From Candidatus Peregrinibacteria bacterium (GTDB lineage: Bacteria > Patescibacteriota > Gracilibacteria > UBA1369 > PNNO01): DNA of 36,691 nt. The position numbers were made by a program, and so were the translations under genes. The stretch's first letter is position 1. Each line of letters begins with the position of its first letter. Below the pieces are notes generated by a model, which ran no database searches, had not been told where the DNA came from, and worked only from the letters and a program-made list of their open reading frames with translations. Of this stretch, positions 1 to 8,403 are shown in pieces. The stretch lies in NCBI GenBank assembly GCA_014728955.1, contig WJKT01000087.1, forward strand, positions 1-36,691, in the 5' to 3' direction.

Positions 1-79
1 CTCAAAAGTGGAGGATGCTATTTTAAACGTTAAAAGCAAAAAGAAATCTTAAACCACCCTTGCCTCTTAACACGACACT

Positions 80-784
80 ATGTTTCAAGATGATCAATCT
101 CAACAAAATCAACCTCAGCAACCTCAGACTCCACAACAGAGTCAGCCGGCTGAGCAACAGCAACCTGCCACTAATCCACAGCCTCAGGATCAGCAGCAGA
201 ATAAGCAAGCTGCTCAACAAAAGGTTGAGCAAAAACAGCAACCTCAACAAAAACCATCCACTCCCGCTCAAAAGCCGGAAAAAACAACACAGGAAGAACG
301 AATGTGGGCGGCTATCGGATACATTGCATTTTTAGGAATAGTTACACTTGCCATTAAGCCAAAAAGTGAATTTTGCAAGCGTCATGCCGCTCAGGGATTA
401 ATTATTTTTGCAGTATGGTTTGTAAGTCTTATTTTATTTGCAATGCCCTCAATTATAGGTGTTATCGGTGGACTGCTTCTTCTTGGAGCAACGGTTCTTG
501 CAGTTCTCGGTATTATTAAATCTATTCAAAGTTATACATTGGAACTACCGGTGTTGTCAGCCGTTGCAAAAAAAGTTCCTACTGATTCAATTATTGGTTC
601 GGTAACAGGCAAAAAACCTGAAGCAAAACCTGCCCAGCCAAAGGATGCTCAGCAAAAGCAGCAACCGCAACAACCTGCGGAAGAAACAAAACAACAAACT
701 CCTCCTCCTACACCACAACAGAATCAAGACACTACTAATAACAGTAGTAATAGCGGCCAAAACCAAAAACCACCACAAGCATAA
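80..784 (+). CDS. Small multi-pass membrane protein (DUF4870-like core) with Gln/Pro-rich low-complexity N- and C-terminal tails
   Basis: 234-aa ORF. The central ~100 aa (RMWAAIGYIAFLGIV...HAAQGLIIFAVWFVSLILF...GGLLLLGATVLAVLGII) form 3 hydrophobic helices resembling the DUF4870 family. Residues 1-75 and 178-234 are almost only Q, P, T, N, E and K. The antisense ORFs 23..271 and 587..778 are leucine-rich shadows of the CAG/CAA-rich coding strand. Confidence 0.7.
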   Translation: MFQDDQSQQNQPQQPQTPQQSQPAEQQQPATNPQPQDQQQNKQAAQQKVEQKQQPQQKPSTPAQKPEKTTQEERMWAAIGYIAFLGIVTLAIKPKSEFCKRHAAQGLIIFAVWFVSLILFAMPSIIGVIGGLLLLGATVLAVLGIIKSIQSYTLELPVLSAVAKKVPTDSIIGSVTGKKPEAKPAQPKDAQQKQQPQQPAEETKQQTPPPTPQQNQDTTNNSSNSGQNQKPPQA

Positions 785-818
785 TATACTTTTTTATTCT
801 ACTCACTAATTATTCATC

Positions 819-1406
819 ATGACTGTTACTGTTGAACAAATTAAACAACTACGTGCCGACACGGGTGCTTCTATGATGGCATGTAAAAACGCTTTACAAG
901 AAACTGATGGAGATGCCGATAAGGCACTTGATATTTTACGTAAAAAAGGTGAAGCAAAAGCGGCAAAACGAGCTGAAAGATCAACCGGACAGGGAGTTAT
1001 TGCTTCATATATTCACTCCAATAATAAAATCGGTGTTCTTGTTCATTTAGGGTGTGAAACCGATTTTGTTGCAAAAAATGAGGATTTCCAAACACTGGCT
1101 CGCGACATTGCGATGCATGTGGCTGCAGCCGGTCCTCTTTATTTAACACCGGATGAAGTTCCCGCTGAATTAATCGATAAAGAAAAAGAAATCTGGAAAG
1201 ATCAACTTAAAAACGAAGGGAAACCGGAAAAGATTTGGGATAAAATTATGGAAGGAAAAGAAAATAAATTCCGTGAAGAAATGGCTCTGTTAACACAACC
1301 ATTTGTAAAGAATCCCGACATAACTGTTGAAGAATTGCTTAAAGAAGCAATTACCAAGATTGGTGAAAATATCAAGCTGGAAAAATTCGTGAGATATTCT
1401 ATTTAA
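819..1406 (+). CDS. tsf: Translation elongation factor Ts (short form)
   Basis: The N-terminal UBA-like segment [22 protein letters not shown]...[14 protein letters not shown] and the core [30 protein letters not shown] are canonical EF-Ts motifs. At 195 aa it matches the short EF-Ts class. Confidence 0.95.
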   Translation: MTVTVEQIKQLRADTGASMMACKNALQETDGDADKALDILRKKGEAKAAKRAERSTGQGVIASYIHSNNKIGVLVHLGCETDFVAKNEDFQTLARDIAMHVAAAGPLYLTPDEVPAELIDKEKEIWKDQLKNEGKPEKIWDKIMEGKENKFREEMALLTQPFVKNPDITVEELLKEAITKIGENIKLEKFVRYSI

Positions 1407-1407
1407 C

Positions 1408-2613
1408 ATGAATCGCCTTAATACTATAGAAGAAGCGATAGAGGCCGTCTCGGACGGTCGTATTATCGTGGTTGTTGATAGTGAAGATCGTGAAAATGAG
1501 GGAGATTTAGTATGTGCCGGACATCATATTACTCCCGAAAAGGTTAATTTTATGGCTAAAGAAGGGCGTGGCCTTATTTGCGCACCCATTAGCGAGTCAA
1601 TTGCCGAACGGTTGAATTTGCCTCCAATGGTAAGCAACAATAATGAGTGTACCAGATGTAATTTTACCGTATCAATCGATGCAAAACAAAATATAACAAC
1701 AGGTATATCTGCACATGATCGTGCACATACGCTCTCTTTGTTGGCACAAGAATCAACAACGGCACATGATATTGTTAAGCCGGGGCACGTCTTCCCTCTT
1801 CGTGGTAAAGATGGTGGGGTTTTGGTACGAGCGGGACATACCGAAGCATGTTTGGACTTGCTTGAAATGGCGGGTTTGCCTAAAGCGGGTGTTATTTGTG
1901 AAGTAGCAAATGATGACGGAAGTATGGCTACATTTGATGATTTAATCACATTTACAAAGAAACATGATATGGTCATGATTTCGATACGCGATTTAATTGC
2001 TTATCGCAGAAAACATGAACAACTTGTTTCGAACACTGCAGAAGCATCATTGCCAACTGAATACGGATTGTTTGATATTCATGTGTATCAGGATACTTTA
2101 ACAAACAAAGAACATGTATTGCTGAGCATGGGAGATATTACAACAGATGAGCCGGTACTGGTTCGTGTTCATTCGCAATGTATGACCGGTGATATATTTC
2201 ATTCAATACGGTGTGATTGCCAACAGCAATTGGATTATGCTTTACATGCCATAGCCAAAGAAAAACGAGGCGCATTGTTGTATCTTCGAGATGAAGGACG
2301 CGGTATAGGGTTAACCAATAAAATAAAGGCGTATCGACTTCAGGATCAGGGATATGATACGGTTGAAGCGAATACAAAACTGGGCTTTGATGATGATTTG
2401 CGAGAATATGGTATAGGCGCACAAATTTTAGCCGATGCGGGCATAAAAAAAATGAAACTTCTTACCAATAATCCACGAAAAATTGTTGGTCTTGAAGGAT
2501 ATGGACTGGATATTGTTGAACGTGTTCCTATAGAAATGACTACTCTCGAAAGCAATCAATCGTATTTACAAACTAAAAAAGAAAAATTGGGACACGTACT
2601 GAATAACATTTAA
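1408..2613 (+). CDS. ribBA: Bifunctional 3,4-dihydroxy-2-butanone-4-phosphate synthase / GTP cyclohydrolase II
   Basis: The N-terminal half has the DHBP synthase motifs ([21 protein letters not shown]). The C-terminal half has the GTP cyclohydrolase II motifs ([31 protein letters not shown]). The start is 1 nt after the tsf stop. Confidence 0.95.
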   Translation: MNRLNTIEEAIEAVSDGRIIVVVDSEDRENEGDLVCAGHHITPEKVNFMAKEGRGLICAPISESIAERLNLPPMVSNNNECTRCNFTVSIDAKQNITTGISAHDRAHTLSLLAQESTTAHDIVKPGHVFPLRGKDGGVLVRAGHTEACLDLLEMAGLPKAGVICEVANDDGSMATFDDLITFTKKHDMVMISIRDLIAYRRKHEQLVSNTAEASLPTEYGLFDIHVYQDTLTNKEHVLLSMGDITTDEPVLVRVHSQCMTGDIFHSIRCDCQQQLDYALHAIAKEKRGALLYLRDEGRGIGLTNKIKAYRLQDQGYDTVEANTKLGFDDDLREYGIGAQILADAGIKKMKLLTNNPRKIVGLEGYGLDIVERVPIEMTTLESNQSYLQTKKEKLGHVLNNI

Positions 2614-2625
2614 TTATCCCCTGTT

Positions 2626-3378
2626 ATGACCTTGTGGGAGAAAATAAAATATGCATTACGTCTTTTATTTCTACCGAAGTCTCTTCGTACTATGGAATGG
2701 AAAATGTTGTCTTTAGTTAATAAAGACAGAAAAACACATGGTTTGCGAGCATTGCGGATGCAGGAGGATCTTCGTGATGTGGCGCGCCGTCATAGCAAGG
2801 ATATGGCACGAAAAAATTATTTTGAACATGAAAATATTATGGGGGAAACCCCGTTTGATCGTCTTGATCAAGCCGGTATCACCGATGTTATTGCCGGTGA
2901 AAATTTAGCCAAAATCCGTGGCTATGAAATCCCGGTTAAACGTGCCCAGATAGGACTTATGAACAGTCCCGGACATCGGGCCAACATTCTAAAAAGCGAT
3001 TATAACTGTGTTGGTATCGGTATTGTTAAAGGTATGGATAAATCGTATTTTTTTACTCAAAATTTTGCCAAACGAACACTTGTATTCACCAAAAAGATTC
3101 GAAAAAAAGTTCGTATGAAAAAAGGCCTTACCATGCACGGATTCTTTTTTTCTGCGCCACGAGATATTATCTATCAAGTTAAAAAAAATCCGGACGACAA
3201 AAAACCTCTTTATGAAAAACTTATTCATGCGAAAGGAAAAACGTTTCACTTTACTATCCCCTTTGCTCAAACCGGCATTTATCACATTATTCTTTATACC
3301 GGTACTGATAAGCACAATAAAAAATTCCATGTTGTAAATAATTTCGAAGTTAAAGTGCGAAAAGGTTTCTTTGTATAA
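2626..3378 (+). CDS. CAP/SCP (YkwD-like) domain protein with a C-terminal beta-rich extension
   Basis: Residues ~25-150 carry CAP-family signatures (NKDRKTHGLRALRMQEDLRDVARRHSKDMARKNYFEH, GENLA, MNSPGHRANIL, VGIGIV). The C-terminal ~100 aa are unassigned. Confidence 0.8.
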   Translation: MTLWEKIKYALRLLFLPKSLRTMEWKMLSLVNKDRKTHGLRALRMQEDLRDVARRHSKDMARKNYFEHENIMGETPFDRLDQAGITDVIAGENLAKIRGYEIPVKRAQIGLMNSPGHRANILKSDYNCVGIGIVKGMDKSYFFTQNFAKRTLVFTKKIRKKVRMKKGLTMHGFFFSAPRDIIYQVKKNPDDKKPLYEKLIHAKGKTFHFTIPFAQTGIYHIILYTGTDKHNKKFHVVNNFEVKVRKGFFV

Positions 3379-3393
3379 TATGTCAATCGTACG

Positions 3394-3422
3394 TAGACAA
3401 AAAACACCTATTATTGTATAAT
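3394..3422 (+). promoter_or_regulatory. Putative sigma-70-type promoter for the 3455-8403 operon
   Basis: -35 TAGACA (3394-3399), 17-nt spacer, perfect -10 TATAAT (3417-3422) preceded by TG. It lies ~33 nt upstream of the GTG at 3455. Sequence match only. Confidence 0.4.
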
Positions 3423-3454
3423 AATAGTGAATAAAAATAAACATTTATAGCAAC

Positions 3455-5866
3455 GTGGGGCGAAAAAACAAAAAACACTCATGGATATCCCGTACGATTT
3501 TTAACAAGCTCATGAATATTACAAGTGATGAGTGGCCTCGTATAGCCATTTCTTGGAGCTTGCAATTTTTATATAAGACGGGTTTTATTATTGGATGGAC
3601 TGTTTTGCTATCCATTTTTGCCACACGTTTCGGCATTCTTTCATTGCCGTTATTTTTTATTTTATATGCATTTTTAAATATTCTCGGTGCACTCGCCTAT
3701 TCGTTTGTACTCGATAAAATGAGAAAAGATACCATGATTATAGCGACTGCCTTAGGTGGAGCGCTTATCTTTTTATGTGCCGGGCTGCTTTCATATTATA
3801 GCGAAACATTGTTTATTTTCCTTGCAGTTGCAGGATTGGCTGTCGCCTTTACACAACTGTATATATTAAATTCCAGTTTTATAGAGGATCTATTCTCCCC
3901 TCTTGAAAGCGAACGAACATTCCCGCTTATTGAATCGGCTGAAACAATTGGTGGGATAGTCGGTGGTCTTCTCATTACCAGTTATGTAGGTAGTGTATCG
4001 ACCGCACATCTTTTAAACTTTTTGGTTATTATTCTGGTTATGATTGTGCCGCTTATGGTCTTTCATCGTCAATTATTGAAAAAACTTCCTTTTATTCACT
4101 TTAAAAAAAGAAAGCGTAATCCTGGTATCAATCTGCAGGAAATCAAAAATAATATTCGTCACGTACGACGGCTACCCTTTTTGAAAGTTCTTTTGGTTGT
4201 TGTTTTATGCCAATGGGTTTTTGCAAATTTACTTGAATTTCAGTTTATCGAAGCCTTATTCGGCCATCTCCCCGAGGGACTTCGCGCTGAGAAAGAACTA
4301 ACTCACGGGTTGGGGTCCCTCCAAGTACTGTTTCATTCGGTCGCTCTATTAATGCAACTGCTTGTTGCTAGCAGGATTATTTCTTCACTTGGCATCATTT
4401 CTTCACTGCTATTACATCCGGTAGTAACACTACTGAGTATCGGAACACTATTTTTCCGTTTTGGTATACATTCTGCTCTACTCACACGTATCAATTATGA
4501 AATGACATTTGTTATTTTTAAAAATGCCTACCATTCCTCATATTATGCCATTCAACCAAAAATTCGTGAACAAATACGAGAACTTCTGGAAGGGTTTGCA
4601 CGTCCCATGGGAACTATCTTCGGCATGGGAATGCTGCTGCTTTTTGAACGGATATTTAGTGGCACAACCTTCACGCAAAGCATAACTCTTCTCATGGCCA
4701 TAATTATGGCGATCATGCTTTTTGTTTTGGTTAAAAATGATAAACAATACACGCAGACTTCCGTTAAAACACTACTACGGTCTGATGAACTGTCACTACA
4801 ACTAAACGGCATAGAAATTTTAGGACAAAGGGGCCATAAAAACGCAACCGATATACTTACAAGAATGCTCAATAAAGACGATATTGATGATAAAGTTCGC
4901 ATAAAAATTCTTGAAACACTTGGGCATATCAAAGATCCTCAATCACTTATTGAAATAACCGATTCACTTAACCATAGCAATCCCGCTGTTCGTAAGGCGG
5001 CACTTATTGCCCTGGATGCTTTTGATACCTTCTCAAAGAAAGGTCAAAATAATCCTTTTTCAAATCACCGAACAAATGATTTATTGAAAAAGATGTTTTT
5101 GGACGAAGATGATTTTGTCATTAAATCATTAATTATTTCAATACTCACCAAACACAATAAAGGCGATATTGTCCCTTATTTGATTTCTCTTTTACAATCC
5201 AGTGATAAAAAACACCAAGTAGATGCAATTCAAGTATGTGGAAATTTTAATGATATATCGCTTGCACATTATCTTATGCCGTTTTTACATTCGAAAGAGC
5301 CAATTATCCGGTCACGCACTATTGTTGCACTTTGGCAATTTAAACGATATCGGATGCAGTTGTTGCAGGAGATAAAAAATATGCTTTTCAGTAAAGAAAA
5401 AGCTGAGCGATTAGAAGCGTATCATGTGCTTGGTGAAATTAAAGCGCTGCATGAAAAAAACAGGTTATTGGCTCTTCTTTCTTCCTCAGATGACGATGAG
5501 AGACTTGCAGCCGCCATTGCGCTGGCAAAAATGAATATATACGATGGAATACCCATTATTACCAATACCGTTGTCTACGACCCTTCATCACGCAAACGTT
5601 TGGTTCATTTAATTCAATGGGAAGTTTCAAAAAAAATGCGCACCTATATGCGTAAAGAAATAAATCAAAAAGTCTCTGTATATATCAATCATTTGTTATC
5701 TGAAAGTCACAAAAAAACACTAGAAGAGCTTGACACAACAACCTTATTGAAGCTTCGAAGTGCATATGAACTTGTCAATGAGCATGAAGAAGTGGAAAAT
5801 GTTAACAGAGTGCTGCAAAGCACATCGATTGAATATAATCGAGCTATACAATTTAATCCCGCTTAA
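3455..5866 (+). CDS. 12-TM MFS-fold transporter (N-terminus resembles the Npt1/Npt2 ATP:ADP-antiporter-like lineage) fused to a C-terminal HEAT-repeat domain
   Basis: 803 aa. I count 12 hydrophobic helices in a 6+6 layout split by a basic loop (HRQLLKKLPFIHFKKRKRNP). Residues ~450-800 contain repeated PBS-lyase-type HEAT units (ILGQRGHKNATDILTRML, VRIKILETLGHIKDP, NPAVRKAALIALDAF, IIRSRTIVALWQF, ERLAAAIALAKM). GTG start; the substrate is not determinable from sequence. Confidence 0.75.
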   Translation: MGRKNKKHSWISRTIFNKLMNITSDEWPRIAISWSLQFLYKTGFIIGWTVLLSIFATRFGILSLPLFFILYAFLNILGALAYSFVLDKMRKDTMIIATALGGALIFLCAGLLSYYSETLFIFLAVAGLAVAFTQLYILNSSFIEDLFSPLESERTFPLIESAETIGGIVGGLLITSYVGSVSTAHLLNFLVIILVMIVPLMVFHRQLLKKLPFIHFKKRKRNPGINLQEIKNNIRHVRRLPFLKVLLVVVLCQWVFANLLEFQFIEALFGHLPEGLRAEKELTHGLGSLQVLFHSVALLMQLLVASRIISSLGIISSLLLHPVVTLLSIGTLFFRFGIHSALLTRINYEMTFVIFKNAYHSSYYAIQPKIREQIRELLEGFARPMGTIFGMGMLLLFERIFSGTTFTQSITLLMAIIMAIMLFVLVKNDKQYTQTSVKTLLRSDELSLQLNGIEILGQRGHKNATDILTRMLNKDDIDDKVRIKILETLGHIKDPQSLIEITDSLNHSNPAVRKAALIALDAFDTFSKKGQNNPFSNHRTNDLLKKMFLDEDDFVIKSLIISILTKHNKGDIVPYLISLLQSSDKKHQVDAIQVCGNFNDISLAHYLMPFLHSKEPIIRSRTIVALWQFKRYRMQLLQEIKNMLFSKEKAERLEAYHVLGEIKALHEKNRLLALLSSSDDDERLAAAIALAKMNIYDGIPIITNTVVYDPSSRKRLVHLIQWEVSKKMRTYMRKEINQKVSVYINHLLSESHKKTLEELDTTTLLKLRSAYELVNEHEEVENVNRVLQSTSIEYNRAIQFNPA

Positions 5867-5867
5867 T

Positions 5868-6224
5868 ATGGCAACTATAGAAGTATTACCTCAAGAAACA
5901 ACAGATGACCCCTATCAAACTATCGTTATTAAAGGAGAGGTTGATCGAGATACCATAGATTCTCTACGTGAATCTATGGAAAAAGTGCTTTCAACGCTTC
6001 AGAAAAAAACACTGGTACTGAATTTGGAACATCTTGAATTTATTAATAGTGAAGGAATTGGCTACTTAACCGATATTTATAATCGATTGTCGGGAATGGA
6101 TAAAAAAGTGGTTATTGTGCATGCTTCAGATCGTATTATGGATATTTTTCAATTAGTTGGGCTTAACCAAATTATTACCTGCTATGCAAATGAAGAAGAA
6201 ATGAAAGCCAATCTCAGTCAATAA
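5868..6224 (+). CDS. STAS-domain protein (anti-sigma-factor antagonist, SpoIIAA/RsbV-like)
   Basis: The 118-aa form starts at ATG 5868, 1 nt after the upstream stop (5864-5866). It has the typical STAS pattern VIKGEVDRDT...LVLNLEHLEFINSEGIGYL...VVIVHASDRIMDIFQLVGL, with a Ser at the usual phospho-acceptor position (INSEGIG). I rejected the longer ORF-track start at 5760 because it overlaps the upstream gene by 107 nt. Confidence 0.85.
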   Translation: MATIEVLPQETTDDPYQTIVIKGEVDRDTIDSLRESMEKVLSTLQKKTLVLNLEHLEFINSEGIGYLTDIYNRLSGMDKKVVIVHASDRIMDIFQLVGLNQIITCYANEEEMKANLSQ

Positions 6225-6235
6225 ATTATTTTTCT

Positions 6236-7372
6236 ATGATTACCTGGATACGAAAAAGTATTACAAAAAGGATATCTCTGTGGCTTCTCCTGCTGGGAGG
6301 TGCGGGCGGTTATGCGGCTTATTACTATTGGGACACTGCATATAGTATTCCGCTTCCCTATTGTTTAGCGGGCGGCGCTGCCCTTTTACTGATTTTCATT
6401 ATTCTTCTTCATACGTATGTTAACAGGCCGCTTCGTATTCTCACTAAACAAATGAAATTATTGTTAACGGGGCGTTCATATAAAAAAATAACGACCGGAC
6501 GTATTGATGAAATTGGCATTATTGCTCAATTTTTTAATGAAATCACACAAAATCTCGAGAGTATTTCACAAAAACTTAAAGAGGGGCAAAGAATGTCATC
6601 TGAACTTGAAATAGCAAGTTCCATTCAGCGATCCATTCTGCCGGCACAAAGTCCCGATGTTCCTCACTTGGAGGTTGTGGCAAAATCACGACCTGCAGTG
6701 GAAGTTGGCGGAGACAGTTTTGATTTCATACAACGTGACAACGCTACATATTTTTATGTGGGTGACGTCACTGGTCACGGTGCTCCCGCAGCATTGGTTA
6801 TGATGATGGTTAACACGTTGCTTCATACGTACTCGGAGATGTATTCAAGTATTTACGATATTGTAGTTAACACTAATAAAATTTTAAAACCTCGCATTAA
6901 AGCGGCAATGTTTATGACTATGGTAATGCTGAAATGGGATCATACCAAGGAAACGTTATCGTATGTCGGTGCGGGGCACGAACATCTGCTCATTTACCGA
7001 AGCAAAACAGGAAAAGTCGAATCAATAGCTGCCGGAGGTGTTGCTCTGGGAATGGTTCCCGACAACAGCAAATTGGTTAAAGAAAAACAACTGAACCTTG
7101 AAGATGGAGACATGGTGGTTATTTATTCCGACGGTATTACCGAAGCAAAAAATGATAAAGGGGAAATGTTTGGCTTGGAAAATCTTGTTGCGTTAGTGCA
7201 AAAATACGCCACCCAATACGGCCCTGAAGGGGTTACCTACCATACGGCACTGGATTTTTCTCAATATGTGGGAGACGCACAGCAAGAAGATGATATCACC
7301 CTTATGGTTCTTCGTTATTCAAAACAAGGACAAGCACAAGAGAAAAAGACCTCAAAAAGCACTAATTGGTAG
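6236..7372 (+). CDS. Membrane-anchored HAMP-domain PP2C (SpoIIE/RsbU-family) serine phosphatase
   Basis: Two N-terminal TM helices with a very short loop are followed by a HAMP-like segment (RPLRILTKQMKLLLTG...IDEIGIIAQFFNEITQNL). PPM motifs then follow (GGDSFDF, GDVTGHGAPAAL, YSDGITEA, DDITLMVL). Confidence 0.9.
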   Translation: MITWIRKSITKRISLWLLLLGGAGGYAAYYYWDTAYSIPLPYCLAGGAALLLIFIILLHTYVNRPLRILTKQMKLLLTGRSYKKITTGRIDEIGIIAQFFNEITQNLESISQKLKEGQRMSSELEIASSIQRSILPAQSPDVPHLEVVAKSRPAVEVGGDSFDFIQRDNATYFYVGDVTGHGAPAALVMMMVNTLLHTYSEMYSSIYDIVVNTNKILKPRIKAAMFMTMVMLKWDHTKETLSYVGAGHEHLLIYRSKTGKVESIAAGGVALGMVPDNSKLVKEKQLNLEDGDMVVIYSDGITEAKNDKGEMFGLENLVALVQKYATQYGPEGVTYHTALDFSQYVGDAQQEDDITLMVLRYSKQGQAQEKKTSKSTNW

Positions 7373-7380
7373 TATCTTTT

Positions 7381-8403
7381 ATGAAAAAAAGCGACTTCTA
7401 TTTTGATCTGCCCGAAGAATTGATTGCGCAAAACCCCATCTCTCCGCGAGACAGGTCTCGATTGATGGTCTTGGACCGTACAGAAAAAACCATTCGTCAT
7501 CATCATTTTTTCGAACTCCCGTCTTTGCTTCCTGAAAATAGTGTGCTTGTTATTAATACAACTAAAGTTATCGCGGCACGACTGTATGTCGTTATCGATA
7601 ATAAGGAAGGTGAACTGTTGCTCCTTAAAAAGAAAAAACCTCATGTGTGGAAATGCATGGTTAAACCGGGGAAAAAATTTACGCGAAACACGTCATTTCG
7701 TGTTAAAGGGAGACAAACCTCTATTACCGGATGTGTAGAAAAAATACATCCTGACGGTACGCGCGATATCAATTTTGATATGAAAGGGAATTTCTCTCAG
7801 TGGCTTTCTGAAAACGGCTATGCACCATATCCTCCGTATATAAAAGATACCAGTGCGTCCTTTGAAGATTATCAAACAACCTATGCCAAGGATGAAGGGA
7901 GCGTTGCAGCTCCAACAGCAGGACTTCATTTTACCGATCGTGTTTTTGAAGCACTAAAAAAGCGAAACATCGATATTATTCCTATCACTCTCCATGTTGG
8001 TCGAGGAACATTTTTGCCAGTAAAGAGTGAATATATCCAAGATCACGTTATGCATAAAGAGTGGTATGAATTGTCACAAGAAAGTGCTGCTTTGCTTAAT
8101 AAAGCAAAGCGAGAAAACCGAAGTATTATTGCTGTTGGAACCACATCGGTTCGCACACTCGAATCAAATATTAATAAGAGCACATTTACGGCAAAAACAG
8201 AAGAAACCGATATATTCATCTATCCGGGCTACACCTATAAGGCGGTCGACGGCATTATCACCAATTTTCATTTACCCGAAAGCACATTGATTATGCTTAT
8301 CAGCGCATTTGCAGGGAGAGATTTTATATTAAATGCGTATCGCGATGCCGTTAATAAGAAATATCGCTTCTATAGCTTTGGCGATGCCATGCTTATTTAC
8401 TAA
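7381..8403 (+). CDS. queA: S-adenosylmethionine:tRNA ribosyltransferase-isomerase
   Basis: MKKSDFYFDLPEELIAQNPISPRDRSRLMVL, AAPTAGLHFT, ITLHVGRGTFLPV, VGTTSVRTLES and NFHLPESTLIMLISAF are canonical QueA motifs. I prefer ATG 7381 over 7366 because 7366 overlaps the upstream stop. Confidence 0.95.
   Translation: MKKSDFYFDLPEELIAQNPISPRDRSRLMVLDRTEKTIRHHHFFELPSLLPENSVLVINTTKVIAARLYVVIDNKEGELLLLKKKKPHVWKCMVKPGKKFTRNTSFRVKGRQTSITGCVEKIHPDGTRDINFDMKGNFSQWLSENGYAPYPPYIKDTSASFEDYQTTYAKDEGSVAAPTAGLHFTDRVFEALKKRNIDIIPITLHVGRGTFLPVKSEYIQDHVMHKEWYELSQESAALLNKAKRENRSIIAVGTTSVRTLESNINKSTFTAKTEETDIFIYPGYTYKAVDGIITNFHLPESTLIMLISAFAGRDFILNAYRDAVNKKYRFYSFGDAMLIY

Noticed and set aside
2-52. Possible 3' end of an upstream CDS (frame 2 reads SKVEDAILNVKSKKKS* with TAA at 50-52), perhaps the gene preceding tsf.
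   Set aside because: Only 16 codons are visible and no motif is recognisable. An open frame of this length is expected by chance in AT-rich DNA, so I did not report it as a feature.
80-330. Repetitive CAG/CAA/CCT DNA considered as a tandem-repeat or CRISPR-like array.
   Set aside because: There is no exact repeat unit or repeat-spacer periodicity. The region is in frame with, and explained by, low-complexity coding sequence. No CRISPR array or cas gene is present anywhere in the window.
23-778. Antisense ORFs 23..271(-) and 587..778(-), plus ORF 60..335(+), overlapping the Q/P-rich membrane-protein gene.
   Set aside because: They are Leu/Arg/Ser-rich translations of the complement or a shifted frame of CAG/CAA/CCT-rich DNA. 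They lack starts with context and have no recognisable domains. The 80..784 frame has a coherent TM core.
5760-5867. Longer start (5760) for the STAS gene, and analogous long starts 22082 (CarS-like, inside the tRNA), 13335 (ilvE), 12416 (7TM protein), 24543 (LCP), 30358 (rlmN) and 28509 (glyQS).
   Set aside because: The extensions overlap the preceding gene or tRNA and add residues absent from the family N-termini. Internal ATGs that fit the compact gene spacing were preferred. This remains uncertain without RBS or proteomic data.
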